From an uncultured Planctomycetaceae bacterium (lineage in GTDB: Bacteria > Planctomycetota > Planctomycetia > Planctomycetales > Planctomycetaceae), in the NCBI GenBank assembly GCA_963976765.1, contig CAXBME010000030.1:62001-108553 (forward strand): a stretch of 46,553 bases of DNA, given 5' to 3'. The notes below the pieces were generated by a model. The model saw only the letters and a list, made by a program, of their open reading frames with translations. It was not told the DNA's origin and searched no databases. This document shows, one piece after another, positions 11,753 through 22,884 of this stretch (the stretch's first letter is position 1; the number at the start of each line of letters is the position of its first letter). The position numbers and the translations under genes are program-made.

Positions 11753-12097
11753 GACCTTCTCCTCAACCTGATGGAAGTGCTCCGATTTCGGAGACGTTTC
11801 AGACAACTCACACAGGGGTGGTCGCAGGCTTCGCGGAAATATTTCAGGTCGTTTTTCAATTTTTCAGAAAACTTCCCAGCACAATCAGGCGGCGAATTCG
11901 CCACAGTCCGAAAGCTTTCGCTGGTCGACATGAGCGTTTTCCAAAACGTCGGATCGGCGACTTGTCACAATTCGCTGCTTGGTTCGCTCATGTCGGCATG
12001 GGTAGAATCGCAGACTCTTGTTTCTCCCCACGCTGAACCTGCGTTTTCACGCCGGTTCAGCAATCGCCTCGCGACCTGATCTGCCGGAGCCGACGCC

Positions 12098-14905
12098 ATG
12101 TCGTCCAGACTTGTTACCGGACTGCTGCTGACCTTATGCCTTTCGTCGTGCCTCGCCGTTAATCAGTCGATTGCCAGCGCACAGGAAAACAAATCGTCAT
12201 CGGACCTGTATGCCGAGTCGGTGATCGCGTACTTCGCGAAAGACTATAACGCCGCTGACTCCGGCCTGACCGAGCTGATTGAAAACGGTACGGGCGACCC
12301 TCGAACTTACTACTTCCGAGGCCTCAGCCGTTACGCCAGTGGAAACCTCGACGCCGCCGACATCGATTTCGAAGCCGGATCGCGTCTGGAATACAGCGGC
12401 CTGGTTCGAGTCAACGTGCCTCGATCTCTGGAAAGAATCCAGGGACCAGTCCGTCGAGTACTGGAAGATTTCCGCAGACTCGCTCAGCGGAAATCTGCAC
12501 TGCAAGGGCGACCTCACAAAAAGGACCGAGCCATTCTGCAACTAACGGCGGACGGCACGGAAGCATTTCTGACGGGCAAGCACAAAGTCGCCGTTCAGTT
12601 ACTCGACGTCGCTGCCAGCAATGGTTCGAACGATCCTCGCACGTACTACTTTCGAGGTCTCGCGAAGCAGCAGCTCGGTCTGAGTGACGAAGCGGCCACT
12701 GACTACAAAACCGCAATTGGCCTGGAACTTCACCCCGCCAACCGAATTGATGTCGACCTGGCGTTGGAACCCGTCCAGGGCGAGACACGACTGGCGTTGG
12801 AAAAGCATCGGCACGAAGCAATCTCAACCGCCCGGCAGGCCGGCGAGAAAGAACGTCAGGCTATGATCGCATCGCTGATCGAACAGCGAGCCGCCGTCGC
12901 GACTACTGGCGCAGGCGGAGCAGCGATCGCGAAATCGGCCATCACTCTTCCGCCGGATGCGGCAAGTCCGATGCCAACCGCAACCGCTCCGGTAACAACG
13001 TCGCCCGGCACGACTGCTTCGACACAACCCACGACGCCTCGTAACGCTCAGCCGGTTGCGAATGCCAATGCGCTCAACGTTGCCTGGCTGCCCGCCGATG
13101 CGGAAGTCGTTATCAATGTTCGAGTACGCGAACTTTCACTCTCCCCCATGCTGGCACCTTTGCTGGCGGCTCCCGAATCTCAGGCCAACCTGCAGATTAT
13201 GAAGGACGAACTTGGCCTGTCACCGGGCGATGTTGAATCTGTGACGGTCGGGCTTCGGAATGTGACAGAACTCGCCATGACGGGAACCGCAAATCCCGCA
13301 GCACTCGCATCCGGAAAAGACAATGCCGTCGTCGTCGTGCGAACTCGACTGCCGTTCGATCCGCAGATCGTCGAAAAAAGAACTGAAGACTTTGAAGCCG
13401 CCACTCACGACGGCAAGGCATTTTATCGATCATTGAAACCAGACAACGTCCCCTGCGTTTACCTGCCCGATTCGAAGACGATTATCCTGGCAGAAGAAGA
13501 GCCACTGACCTCGGCAATCGAACAGGGAAGCGAAACCGTCAGTCGCCCTGAATTCGACTTCGTTGACGCGGCGAGCCATCTTGCCATCGCGTTTGTGCCG
13601 AATGATCCGTTCTCGCTGACAGAGGCCATCCCGACCGAGGGCTCAGGATCGGACGGGTTTGACCGCCTGACAAAAGCCGTGAAGGACCAGTTACTGGGAG
13701 TCGGTCTGGGGATTTCGCTCGACGACTCCCTGGCGATTGAAGTGCGGGCACTCTGCGTTGATGACGCGGCCGCGACCGAAGTCGACGCGGCCATCGGTGA
13801 CTTGATGAATGAAGCCAAAGGACTATGGACAATCGCCAAAGCCGGCGTTCCGGCACCGATCGCGGGCGTCGTTGACTCGATCATTCGTGCTCAGAAGAAC
13901 TCGGCAAAGGCCGAGGTGGCGGCGTTTTCGACACGACTCTCTGCTCAGTCAATCGAACGAGCCGCCGAAAGTGTCAAAGAAATGCTGCCCATGCTGATGA
14001 TGGGAGCAATGGCCGGCCTCGCGGGGCCAGGAGATTTTACGATCGGTTCAAGCGCTGGCGAACCGATCGAACCACCGGCAGCCACCAGACCAGCAGCGGG
14101 CCTGAGCGTTGCCGCCACCGCCAAGCTCAGTTCGCGGATTGACCTGGACGAGGATGGCAATGAAAAACCAAAAGCCATCGAACTCGTGCTGGCCATTACG
14201 GGCGATCAGGCCAAAGCTGCAGGCGGAGCCGGCTTTGCCAGCGTCAGCTCAGCCAAAGACAACAACGGTGCCGACCTGAAGCTTCGAGTCGTGGCCAACT
14301 TCGGAGCTGGCGGTTTCGAAGCCATCGATCGAAATGACTTCTTCATCCAACATCCCGACAATGGCTGCACGGCCATTGTGACTTTTGATCCACCGGCAGA
14401 AGCAGCGACGGCAATCGCCAGTGCGGAGGGAATCGTCAAGCTGCGGATCGTTGAAAAATCATCCCAGATCATTGTCGACGGAGCAAAGGCCCTGCTTGGT
14501 AAAGAAGTCGCCAACTCTGAACTGGTCGCCGCTGGCTACAAGTTGAAGCTGGAAGAAACGAAAGAGAAGTTTGGCGACGACGAGTTCACTTCCTGGCAAC
14601 TGGAATGGTTGAATGCAGGCCAAAGCCCGATTGACGTCCAGCAGATTGCCGATGGCGGCGGACTCGGCCTGCAAACACCGCAACTCGTCGATGCCAGCGG
14701 GAACGTCATCGCCGAATTCAGTGGAACGTCGTACTCGTCATTCGGAAACAACTCAAGCCTGTCGTGGAGCATGTCCATCCAGGACGACCAGCCAGTCCCC
14801 GACGACGCCCGGCTTCGATTCACGCTGAACACCGACGTGGGTATTGTCGACGTGCCGTTCAAAGTTGAAAACGTTGCCATCAATAAGGATGACAACGGCT
14901 TCTGA
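12098..14905 (+). CDS. Secreted multidomain protein with duplicated TPR-like module
   Basis: Signal peptide (..SIASA-Q). Two copies of DPRTYYFRGL...LE..QG..R..LE..R, a Pro/Thr linker and two further domains. GGAG RBS. Confidence 0.8.
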   Translation: MSSRLVTGLLLTLCLSSCLAVNQSIASAQENKSSSDLYAESVIAYFAKDYNAADSGLTELIENGTGDPRTYYFRGLSRYASGNLDAADIDFEAGSRLEYSGLVRVNVPRSLERIQGPVRRVLEDFRRLAQRKSALQGRPHKKDRAILQLTADGTEAFLTGKHKVAVQLLDVAASNGSNDPRTYYFRGLAKQQLGLSDEAATDYKTAIGLELHPANRIDVDLALEPVQGETRLALEKHRHEAISTARQAGEKERQAMIASLIEQRAAVATTGAGGAAIAKSAITLPPDAASPMPTATAPVTTSPGTTASTQPTTPRNAQPVANANALNVAWLPADAEVVINVRVRELSLSPMLAPLLAAPESQANLQIMKDELGLSPGDVESVTVGLRNVTELAMTGTANPAALASGKDNAVVVVRTRLPFDPQIVEKRTEDFEAATHDGKAFYRSLKPDNVPCVYLPDSKTIILAEEEPLTSAIEQGSETVSRPEFDFVDAASHLAIAFVPNDPFSLTEAIPTEGSGSDGFDRLTKAVKDQLLGVGLGISLDDSLAIEVRALCVDDAAATEVDAAIGDLMNEAKGLWTIAKAGVPAPIAGVVDSIIRAQKNSAKAEVAAFSTRLSAQSIERAAESVKEMLPMLMMGAMAGLAGPGDFTIGSSAGEPIEPPAATRPAAGLSVAATAKLSSRIDLDEDGNEKPKAIELVLAITGDQAKAAGGAGFASVSSAKDNNGADLKLRVVANFGAGGFEAIDRNDFFIQHPDNGCTAIVTFDPPAEAATAIASAEGIVKLRIVEKSSQIIVDGAKALLGKEVANSELVAAGYKLKLEETKEKFGDDEFTSWQLEWLNAGQSPIDVQQIADGGGLGLQTPQLVDASGNVIAEFSGTSYSSFGNNSSLSWSMSIQDDQPVPDDARLRFTLNTDVGIVDVPFKVENVAINKDDNGF

Positions 14906-16075
14906 TCAGTCTTCGATGCTGACTTCAAGTGCAGAACCGATCGGCAGCGTCGGCCACGGCTTGCCGATCGAAACGACTTTCACCGGGAAGGTGGCTTCCG
15001 ACGCTGGACCGCTCTGCTCGGCCATCAGTTGAGGCGGGATCGAGTCGATTTTTCCGTGGCGTTCTTCATCGTTTGGAAAGTGCAGCGTCACTTCCTGACC
15101 GGCTTCCAGCCTCGCCACCAGTGACATCGGCAAGCTGACGGAGACGAACTCTCGATCCCGATCGAAGATTTCAACCAGCAAATCACCTTCCGAAACTACT
15201 TCCAACTCCTGAACCCGCAGCACGCCAGCCATGCCGTAGATTGGCGAGTTGACCATTCGCTCGGCTTCCAGACTTTGCAGTTCCTGCAGTTGTGCGGTCG
15301 TGCTGTCGATCGACGCCTGGATCACCGGGATACGGTGCGCGGCTTCGACTCGGGTTGGCAGTGAGTCAATCGCGTCCCGCAGCTCTTTCAGCCGGGCCTC
15401 GCAGAGATCGATTCGAGTCTGCAACGCTTCGAGGCTGTTCTCAACTTCCGATCGTTCGATCATCGCTCTCAGACGCTCGAAGTCCTGCGACTTATCGGGC
15501 ATCGCGAGCAATTTCAGATCCACCGGTGGGATTTCCGTGCTGGCCAGCGCGTCGAACAGATCGATGTAGTCGCCCAGAGCTGTCGATTCGAAGTTGTGCT
15601 GAAACTGCTGCTGGAGCAGGCCAGTCAGTGTGAGTTCTGTGTCGAAAGCTTCTGAGTCGAGTGCCGTGGTGCGTTGCTGAATTTCCAGTTCGGCTCGAGC
15701 GGCAGCGGCGGCAAGATCGATGCGAAAACCGTCGAGTGTCAGTTTGGTTTTGCGGATTCGTTCTTCAAGCTGTGTATCGCGAATGATGAACAACTCGGTA
15801 CCCGGCAGCACGATCTGTCCCGGCTTGACCTCCATCCATTCGACAATCCCGTCGGCAGGAGCGGAAAGCCTGGAAACTTCAGCATTCAGGACGCCAGTGA
15901 AACGGATTTCGCCCCGCTGCGCGACCATTCCCGTCACCACAACGCTCAACACAACAGCGGCTGTCGTCATGGACAACGTACGAAAGAGTGAGGCTGGTCG
16001 GTCCGGTTCTGACGACCGATCAACGACTTGCAGTGCTGATGTTTCGCCAGGCTCGCCTTTGATTTGCTCGTTCAT
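14906..16075 (-). CDS. HlyD / membrane-fusion family protein
   Basis: N-terminal TM segment, lipoyl-like halves (SAPADGIVEWMEVKPGQIV; VNSPIYG...V..GDLLVEI) around a long coiled coil, and a beta-barrel tail. Confidence 0.8.
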   Translation of the reverse strand: MNEQIKGEPGETSALQVVDRSSEPDRPASLFRTLSMTTAAVVLSVVVTGMVAQRGEIRFTGVLNAEVSRLSAPADGIVEWMEVKPGQIVLPGTELFIIRDTQLEERIRKTKLTLDGFRIDLAAAAARAELEIQQRTTALDSEAFDTELTLTGLLQQQFQHNFESTALGDYIDLFDALASTEIPPVDLKLLAMPDKSQDFERLRAMIERSEVENSLEALQTRIDLCEARLKELRDAIDSLPTRVEAAHRIPVIQASIDSTTAQLQELQSLEAERMVNSPIYGMAGVLRVQELEVVSEGDLLVEIFDRDREFVSVSLPMSLVARLEAGQEVTLHFPNDEERHGKIDSIPPQLMAEQSGPASEATFPVKVVSIGKPWPTLPIGSALEVSIED

Positions 16076-16398
16076 TCCGGCTCTCCGATGGACGGAGCGG
16101 AGACGACTCGCAATGAGCCGTCTGATTCACCGCGAGCCGCAGATTGCCGGCTTCGCGAGGAAATCTGAGAGCCGGAAACCGAACAGTTTCCGCACCTTCA
16201 GACCGCTGTGCATTCTCAAAGAATCATTCGAGAAGAATGCTTAATGTCTCATCGGAGAGATTTGCTGGCTCGATTCATGCGAAGCCGGGCAGGATGCGTG
16301 GATGCGGCCAGGCATTGTCACGACGAACCGAGAAATGCCGAAAATCGGTACAACCGGCTGGACTCAAACACAGAGTGTTCGTCACAGCCCGCACAGAT

Positions 16399-17166
16399 TC
16401 AACGACCGGAATGTCCGGTCTGGCGAACGTCGGAGTCGGTCTGCCCGGGAACCGGCGGCGGCAACAAAGCTGGACGCTCCTCTGCAAGACCCTCAAACCG
16501 CCGAGGCGACGCGGAACCGAATGCCACGTTTCTTGGCAGATCAGCTGAAGGATTATAGACGTCTCTCGACGTTGCAGCCTTCAGCTCCTTGTTCATCGTT
16601 CCGGTGACAAACGGCCCGACGCCCAGGAAGTTCCAGTTGTTGTGAGTCGCCTTGGCGATGGAGACTCCTCCGCCGCCCACAATACTCCGCTCGCCGGCAT
16701 CGTAGGCTGCCAGTCCAATTTTGGCCGTGGCGTTCTGGTTCGTTCGAGTCACCAGTTTGATTTCCGGCATCGTGAACATGCCGCCCGGCAATGAAATTCC
16801 CGGAATACCGTAGTACGACTCGGTCGTGTCTGTACCAATGCCGCCGCTGCGAGGCTCAAGAATCATGTCAGCTTTGTCAGCCGCAGCTGCCAGGTGAACG
16901 CCGTTGTAAAGCAAATGGTGCCTTAATGATGCCACCACATACTGCTTGTCGACTCCGTCGAGATACGCCGGATCGATAAACACGTTTCGACCGTGCATCG
17001 CGCTGAAATCGACTTTGTTCAGAGACTGGTCGATCGCGTTAGAAAGGAGCAGCTGTTCGGTTGCGGTGCGTGCTGTGTTGGACGTCTTTGTCGTCGCGCA
17101 GCCAGCACACAACGAGAGAGTCAGGCAAGCAGCGAAGGCGCACCTTACTGGGAGGGATAAGTGCAT
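16399..17166 (-). CDS. Lipoprotein, DUF6655/MafA-like
   Basis: Lipobox LCAG-C followed by T..S.T.RTATEQLLLSNAID; G.G.D motif and AK.GL.AYD. Family assignment is from recall. Confidence 0.65.
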   Translation of the reverse strand: MHLSLPVRCAFAACLTLSLCAGCATTKTSNTARTATEQLLLSNAIDQSLNKVDFSAMHGRNVFIDPAYLDGVDKQYVVASLRHHLLYNGVHLAAAADKADMILEPRSGGIGTDTTESYYGIPGISLPGGMFTMPEIKLVTRTNQNATAKIGLAAYDAGERSIVGGGGVSIAKATHNNWNFLGVGPFVTGTMNKELKAATSRDVYNPSADLPRNVAFGSASPRRFEGLAEERPALLPPPVPGQTDSDVRQTGHSGR

Positions 17167-17753
17167 CTCAGATCTCGAAAAAGGGAGAATGGGAATTCTG
17201 GCGAAGGCACGAGGCATCAACGGTCAGAAAACATGATGTGAGGTGAGCAATCAGCCAATCGGCTTCAAGCCTGGTGAGTCGCAGAACACGACTCGGGAGG
17301 GGACCGGGACTCTAACTCAAAATTCCTTATCAGGATAAGACCGTTTTGACGCACCGACGCCATTCGACCTCAGAATCTCCCGGCCAGGCAAACCGGTTGC
17401 AGAGCAGGCAGTCGGCACAAAATTCACGTCGCGAGGCGCGAGAGTCACTTTCCGGTTGAACCGACGACCACCCGGAGTCCGATAACCCATCCAGAGGGTG
17501 CATCGCGCAGGAACGTTGCGCTCGGTCAAATCTGCAAAAACGGACACTCCAACAGCACACGACACGTTGACGAACAATCCCGGAACTGACTGCCGGTAAA
17601 ACAGGTAAACGGCGTGTTTCACATTGTTTTCTCATCCTTCTCAACGCACGATAGCCGGCCTGTAAAGTTGCCGCCATTTGCGGGAAGCCAAATTTCGTCC
17701 GCCGTCATCGCAGCGGGATCCAGTCACGCTGTGCATGAGCCTCGACGGAGCTG

Positions 17754-20012
17754 ATGTTGATGTATCGCCGGTTTACTGTTCTGACAGTTCTACTGGGGGC
17801 GTTAAGTCCCGCGATCGAGTTGCGCGCCCAACCGCCTGCCGACGCTTCTGACGCCGTTGCCACTGTGCAAAGCCTGGCCGATCCCGAGCCTTCTCCGCTG
17901 CTCAGCGAACCGAAGGATCCCGAAGCGTTGTTCGACGCGGTTGTGCTGATGCTCGACCTCGACCGCCCGAAACTCGCTCTGCAATACATGAAGCAACTGC
18001 TCGATCAGGCTCCGAAGGACGCCACCATTCTCAAGATGCGTGACAAGCACGGACCGGCCGTCTTCCTGGAACTTTCCAACGACAAACGTTTGCAGCCAGA
18101 GTCGATCACGCTGCTCGACCGGATGAACGAAGCGTTTCGCCAGTACGCTGCCGATCCAACCCGCATGGACCGACTCGTCAATAACCTGTCGGGAACGCCA
18201 CAGGAGCGAGAAGTCGCGATCATCCAGCTTCGCAGCACGGGCAAAGTCGCGATCCCTCGTATGTTGACGCTCGTCGCCACCGCCAAAGACACCAACCAGC
18301 GAGACGCAATGGTCTACGCAATGACCCGCATGGGTACGCAGATCATTCCGCCGCTGCTCGGCGCGCTCGAAGCTCCCGACGAAGCCGTTCGGACGGTCGC
18401 CATCGACACACTCGGCTGGCTGGGATCGCTGGATACTGTGCCGTGGCTGTGGTACTCGGCCTTTGGAGCCGATCAACCGTCTGGATTGCGACAGGCGGCA
18501 CGGCAGGCTCTGGCCAGAATCCTGCGCGACGACGTCAAACGCGCAGGAGACATCAGCAGCTACGGAGCGGCTTCTCAGCTTCAGAAAATTGCGACGACTC
18601 ACTTCCGGCTGGAATTCAACTGGAAGATGAATGATGACGGCAAGACGACGGAACTCTGGTCGTGGGACGTTCAGAAGAATGCTCTTTCGGCATGGAATGT
18701 CTTGCCGGAAACGGCATCACTGATCGTGGGCAGCCGGTTCGCCAGACAGGCTCTGACTCTGGCTCCCGAGCGACAGGAATTGCAGTCGCTTTATCTTTCC
18801 TTAAGGCTGGCCTTCGACTCACATCTGGCTGGCTGGGACGCTGCTCTGCCAACCGGCCCCGGCACCGCTCATGACCTGGCTCTGCTGTCGGGACCGGAAG
18901 TCGCACTTCGAGCGTTGGAATACTCGCTGCAGAATCCAAATCCCGCAGCGGCCCTGGCAACGTTGCAGGTTCTCGGCCAGATCGGAAACCGGTCGCAGCT
19001 TCGAGATCGATCCGGACAGGCGTCGCCAATCATTCAGGCGATGAGCTATCCGAACTTCCGGGTTCAGTTTGCGGCGGCCTCAACCGTCCTTCAGCTGGAC
19101 CCGGAGCAATCCTTCCGCGGTTCCTCGCGCATCGTTTCGATTCTGACGCGAGCGTTAAACGACAGCGGCGACCGCCAGGGCCTGGCCATCGACTCGAACC
19201 AGGACCGAGCCGCTTCGATGGCTGGCCTGCTCAGCGAAATGGGGATGGGGCCTCTTCAGGCGACCACTGGACAGGACGGCTTCAAAATCGCTGCCGACCG
19301 CAGCGACATCGAACTGATCGTCATTCACGCAGCCGTCGTGAACTGGGGCCTCGGGCAAACCATCACCAACCTGAGAGCCGACGCTCGAACTTCTGGAATT
19401 CCGATTATTGTTTACGGCCCCGAATCCGTCGAACCTGCGGTCGCCCGGCTCGCTGACCAGTACCCGATGATCGGCTTCGCGCTGAACGGCGAGACCTCGT
19501 TCAAGCAGGGTGTCAGGCTCTTCCTGAATCGACTCAGCACGCCGCCGGTCAGCGAGAGACAACGGGCCGCACGAGCAAGCGCCGCTGGCTTCTGGTTTGC
19601 TCACATCGCGGGTGGCCGGCGCACGGAAACGTTCAACATCGATTCTGCGGAAGAGGCGTTGTTTGACTCGGTCAACGATCCGGGAGTTGGAGAAAACGCC
19701 CTCATCGGCCTGGGAGCCATCGCCACATCCACCTCGCAGGAACGTCTGCAGGAAATTGCCGTCAGCGAAGCCCGGGATGAGTCCCTGCGGGAGACCGCCG
19801 CACTTCAGCTGGCATTCCACATGCAGCGATACGGCATTCTGCTTTCGGAATCGCGAGTTCAGGAAGTTCAGCTCGCCTGGCAGGCCGCCCCGGCTGGACC
19901 ACTGAAAACGGCTCTGGCAGCGGTTATTGGCTCTCTGAAGCCGACCTCACAACGAGTGACCGAACTGCTGCAAAGCCTTCCCGTTCCGACGATCCCGACG
20001 GTCAGCGAGTAA
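17754..20012 (+). CDS. HEAT-repeat protein with signal peptide and receiver-like C-terminal domain
   Basis: N-terminal signal peptide. HEAT repeats (PPLLGALEAPDEAVRTVAIDTLGWLG). Receiver-like fold (GLAIDSN...ATTGQDGF...IELIVIH...TSGIPIIVY). Confidence 0.75.
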   Translation: MLMYRRFTVLTVLLGALSPAIELRAQPPADASDAVATVQSLADPEPSPLLSEPKDPEALFDAVVLMLDLDRPKLALQYMKQLLDQAPKDATILKMRDKHGPAVFLELSNDKRLQPESITLLDRMNEAFRQYAADPTRMDRLVNNLSGTPQEREVAIIQLRSTGKVAIPRMLTLVATAKDTNQRDAMVYAMTRMGTQIIPPLLGALEAPDEAVRTVAIDTLGWLGSLDTVPWLWYSAFGADQPSGLRQAARQALARILRDDVKRAGDISSYGAASQLQKIATTHFRLEFNWKMNDDGKTTELWSWDVQKNALSAWNVLPETASLIVGSRFARQALTLAPERQELQSLYLSLRLAFDSHLAGWDAALPTGPGTAHDLALLSGPEVALRALEYSLQNPNPAAALATLQVLGQIGNRSQLRDRSGQASPIIQAMSYPNFRVQFAAASTVLQLDPEQSFRGSSRIVSILTRALNDSGDRQGLAIDSNQDRAASMAGLLSEMGMGPLQATTGQDGFKIAADRSDIELIVIHAAVVNWGLGQTITNLRADARTSGIPIIVYGPESVEPAVARLADQYPMIGFALNGETSFKQGVRLFLNRLSTPPVSERQRAARASAAGFWFAHIAGGRRTETFNIDSAEEALFDSVNDPGVGENALIGLGAIATSTSQERLQEIAVSEARDESLRETAALQLAFHMQRYGILLSESRVQEVQLAWQAAPAGPLKTALAAVIGSLKPTSQRVTELLQSLPVPTIPTVSE

Positions 20013-20212
20013 TCTGCTGGCCTTATCGGGCTGTTTGGCTGACGTGGATTTCGGGGCACAAAGTTCGGGATATTCTGCCCCTCATTGCTTTGTTGAGCCG
20101 CTCGTGCCGTCGATATACTTCCGCGCTTGTTGTGGCCGTTCAGGCGTGCGACCGATAAATCTCGCACTCCGAAGTGTTGCTCAGAGCCGACTGAATTTCG
20201 GAGACATCGTCG

Positions 20213-21739
20213 ATGCTGACTTTTGCTGCGGAAGACCTCCCGCAATTGAACCCGGACTCAGTCGGCTGGCTGAAAGTCGCACTGTGCGGCTACGTACTCT
20301 TTCTCCTGGTGATCAGCATCTTCGCCAGTCGGAAAGTCGAAAACGAAGCTGACTACCTGGTCGCTGGTCGGCGTCTTCCGCTGTTTCTCGCCTTCGGAAC
20401 GCTGATCGCCACCTGGTTCGGCGCCGCGACGATGTTCGCAGCCGCGGGAGCCGCTCGCGATGAAGGGCTGCTCGGCGTGATCCTCGACCCGTTTGCCTGT
20501 GCGGCGACACTGGTCCTTTCCGGCCTGTTCTTCGCTCGACCATTGTGGCGCATGGAGCTGTTTACCATGGCCGACTTCTACCGCATCAAGTATGGCCCCA
20601 GAGCAGAGATCACGGGCGCCTGCATCCAGGTGCCGAGCTACTTTGCGTGGGTCGCCCTGCAATATTCGGCGCTTGCGGGGATTTTGAATCTGTACTTTGA
20701 AATTCCCATGACGACCGGAATTCTAATTGTTGCCGGAGTCACGCTTGTTTACACGATGATCGGCGGCATGTGGTCGGTCACTCTGACCGACACGATCCAG
20801 ATTCTGCTGGCTCTGGCGGGCCTGGTCGTGCTGACGGCTTCGGCACTCAGCCACGAAGAGCTGGGTAATGGCAATCCGCTGAACGGTCTGAACGTCCTCT
20901 ACGAGAAAATCTCGAACGAAAAGCCCGATCACCTCCGGCTGTGGCCCGGGCCGCCTGAAGACGGTTCAACACTGACCTACGTGAGTTCCATCCTGGGAGT
21001 ACTCGCCCTCTGGGCCACGGGCATGTTCGGCAACATTCCAGGACAGGATCTACAGCAGAGAGTCTTTGCAGCGAAGAGCGAAAAGACGGCTCAGGACGCC
21101 TGCATTCTGGCCGGCGTCCTGTATCTGTGCTTTGGGGCACTGCCGCTGATTCTTGGGCTCTCGTCACTGGTCACGCACCCGGAAGGCAACTTCGATCCCG
21201 TTGCGTTTCTGGCCGGCGAGTATCTCTCGACCGGAATGCTCGTCATCTTTGTCATCGCCGTCGTTTCGATGATCGTCTCGACAGCGACGAGCGCCGTGCT
21301 GGCGCCGGCAACGATTCTGGGCCACAACCTGCTGAACCGGACAAAGCTGTTCCGCGAGCGGGCTCTCCTGCGTGACCGACTCAGCGTGCTGTTCGTTTCG
21401 CTGGGCGGCATCGCCCTTTCGCTGATGGGTGAGTCCCTGATGGGCCTGCTCGATATGGCTCTATCGATTCAGCTCACGGCGCTGTTCATCCCAGTCGTCA
21501 TGGGTCTGTACGGAAAGCCGCGAAACCAGACATCCGCCGTTCTTGCCATGCTGTTCGGCTTTTTCACATGGTTGCTGACCTACGCCAACGAACTCATGCA
21601 GGAGTCGGCAATGACCGAGACCTTTCTGACTCAGGTCACTCTGATCCCGTCTGACTTTTACGGATTGGCAGCGAGCGTCTCCGGATACCTGATCGGCCAG
21701 AATCTCGCCGGTCCGCCAGTCGAGTCACCCTCGTCGTAG
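20213..21739 (+). CDS. Sodium:solute symporter (SSS family)
   Basis: DYLVAGRRLP, ATWFGA, YTMIGGMWSVTLTD and QDLQQRVFAAKS motifs; about 13 TM segments. Confidence 0.92.
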   Translation: MLTFAAEDLPQLNPDSVGWLKVALCGYVLFLLVISIFASRKVENEADYLVAGRRLPLFLAFGTLIATWFGAATMFAAAGAARDEGLLGVILDPFACAATLVLSGLFFARPLWRMELFTMADFYRIKYGPRAEITGACIQVPSYFAWVALQYSALAGILNLYFEIPMTTGILIVAGVTLVYTMIGGMWSVTLTDTIQILLALAGLVVLTASALSHEELGNGNPLNGLNVLYEKISNEKPDHLRLWPGPPEDGSTLTYVSSILGVLALWATGMFGNIPGQDLQQRVFAAKSEKTAQDACILAGVLYLCFGALPLILGLSSLVTHPEGNFDPVAFLAGEYLSTGMLVIFVIAVVSMIVSTATSAVLAPATILGHNLLNRTKLFRERALLRDRLSVLFVSLGGIALSLMGESLMGLLDMALSIQLTALFIPVVMGLYGKPRNQTSAVLAMLFGFFTWLLTYANELMQESAMTETFLTQVTLIPSDFYGLAASVSGYLIGQNLAGPPVESPSS

Positions 21740-21788
21740 GTCAGGTCAGGCTCCGAACGCTGGAGTCTTACGGCTGGCAAAGGCGACC

Positions 21789-22757
21789 TTACGAACTCGG
21801 AGCAAGCAGGCGTTCAGCGCCGACTTCGCGGAGTCGGGCGGCAACTTCCAGACCGAGCGTCTCGGCATTGTCAGGCGAGCCAGTGGCCGCTGCTTCGAGG
21901 CGGTCGGCTCCGTCGAGACTCAGCACGACGCCGTGCAACGTCAGTTCTCCACTGTCGGAGAAACTGGTTGTCGCTCCAACCGGTGCGTGACAGCCAGCCC
22001 GCAGATCCCGCAGCAGACTTCGCTCGGCGGAAACTGCCGCGACGACGTTCGCGTCGGAAATTTTCGTCAGGATATCAATGATGAATCCGTCATCCTCGCG
22101 GCACTCAATCCCTAAAGCCCCCTGCCCGACCGCATGGAGCATCAACGGCGGAACCAGCAGGCTGGAGATCCGATTGGCATACCCCAACCGTCGCAGACCC
22201 GCTTCCGCCAGAATGATCGCGTCGAATTCGCCGTCGTCGAGTTTCTGCATTCGTGTCTCGACGTTGCCTCGGTTTTCAAACATCTGCAGATCGGGGCGAA
22301 CGTGCAGCAGCTGAGCCTGCCGACGAGGACTGCCAGTGCCAATCCTCGCCCCCGCCGTCAGCACGTCAAACGGCATCGACTCCAGACGTTCGGGGATCGC
22401 AATGCCGGAATCAGCCGGCAGGACCAGCGCATCGGCAACCGGCGCACGCTCAGGAATTCCAGCGAGTCTCAAGCCTTCGATCGGGTCCGTCGGCAGATCC
22501 TTCAGGCTGTGAACGGCGAGGTCTGCGCGACCACTCAGTACGGCATTCTGAACTTCCTTGGTGAAGACCCCCTGCCCGCCCATCGAAGCCAGCGCCGTCG
22601 CCCGATCACGGTCACCGATCGTCGACACATCCACCAGTTCGACCGTGCAACCATCCGTGCAGTCGAGAATCCGATCCCGAACATGGTTCGCCTGCCAGAG
22701 CGCCAGCGGGCTGGTTCGAGTCGCAATTCGAATGATGTTTCGATCTTCATCCGCCAC
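21789..22757 (-). CDS. hemC: Hydroxymethylbilane synthase (porphobilinogen deaminase)
   Basis: RIATRTSPLALWQA, GVFTKEV, AVHSLKDLP, GTGSPRR, RGNVETR and GCHAP motifs. GTG 22757 follows a GGAG RBS. Confidence 0.97.
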   Translation of the reverse strand: MADEDRNIIRIATRTSPLALWQANHVRDRILDCTDGCTVELVDVSTIGDRDRATALASMGGQGVFTKEVQNAVLSGRADLAVHSLKDLPTDPIEGLRLAGIPERAPVADALVLPADSGIAIPERLESMPFDVLTAGARIGTGSPRRQAQLLHVRPDLQMFENRGNVETRMQKLDDGEFDAIILAEAGLRRLGYANRISSLLVPPLMLHAVGQGALGIECREDDGFIIDILTKISDANVVAAVSAERSLLRDLRAGCHAPVGATTSFSDSGELTLHGVVLSLDGADRLEAAATGSPDNAETLGLEVAARLREVGAERLLAPSS

Positions 22758-22801
22758 GGTGGAACTCCATCTTCCGAACGGCTGCCCGAGCTGCAGTTCA
22801 A

Positions 22802-22866
22802 CAGGCTGGGACACGTCCCAGCCTGCGTCACTACGGTTCTTTACTGGTAGGCGGTGCCCACCCTGC
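22802..22866. repeat. REP-like palindromes between leuB and hemC
   Basis: GGTAGGCGGTGCCCACCCTGC 22846-22866 belongs to the same family as the 10.8-kb REPs. Palindrome CAGGCTGGGAC-AC-GTCCCAGCCTG at 22802-22825. Confidence 0.7.
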
Positions 22867-22884
22867 GACTGCGGCTTGAGTCTA

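Noticed and set aside
11790..11880. ECF-type promoter for the kinase cluster
   Set aside because: Only a loose GCGACC...GTCTGAA resemblance; too degenerate to support without data.
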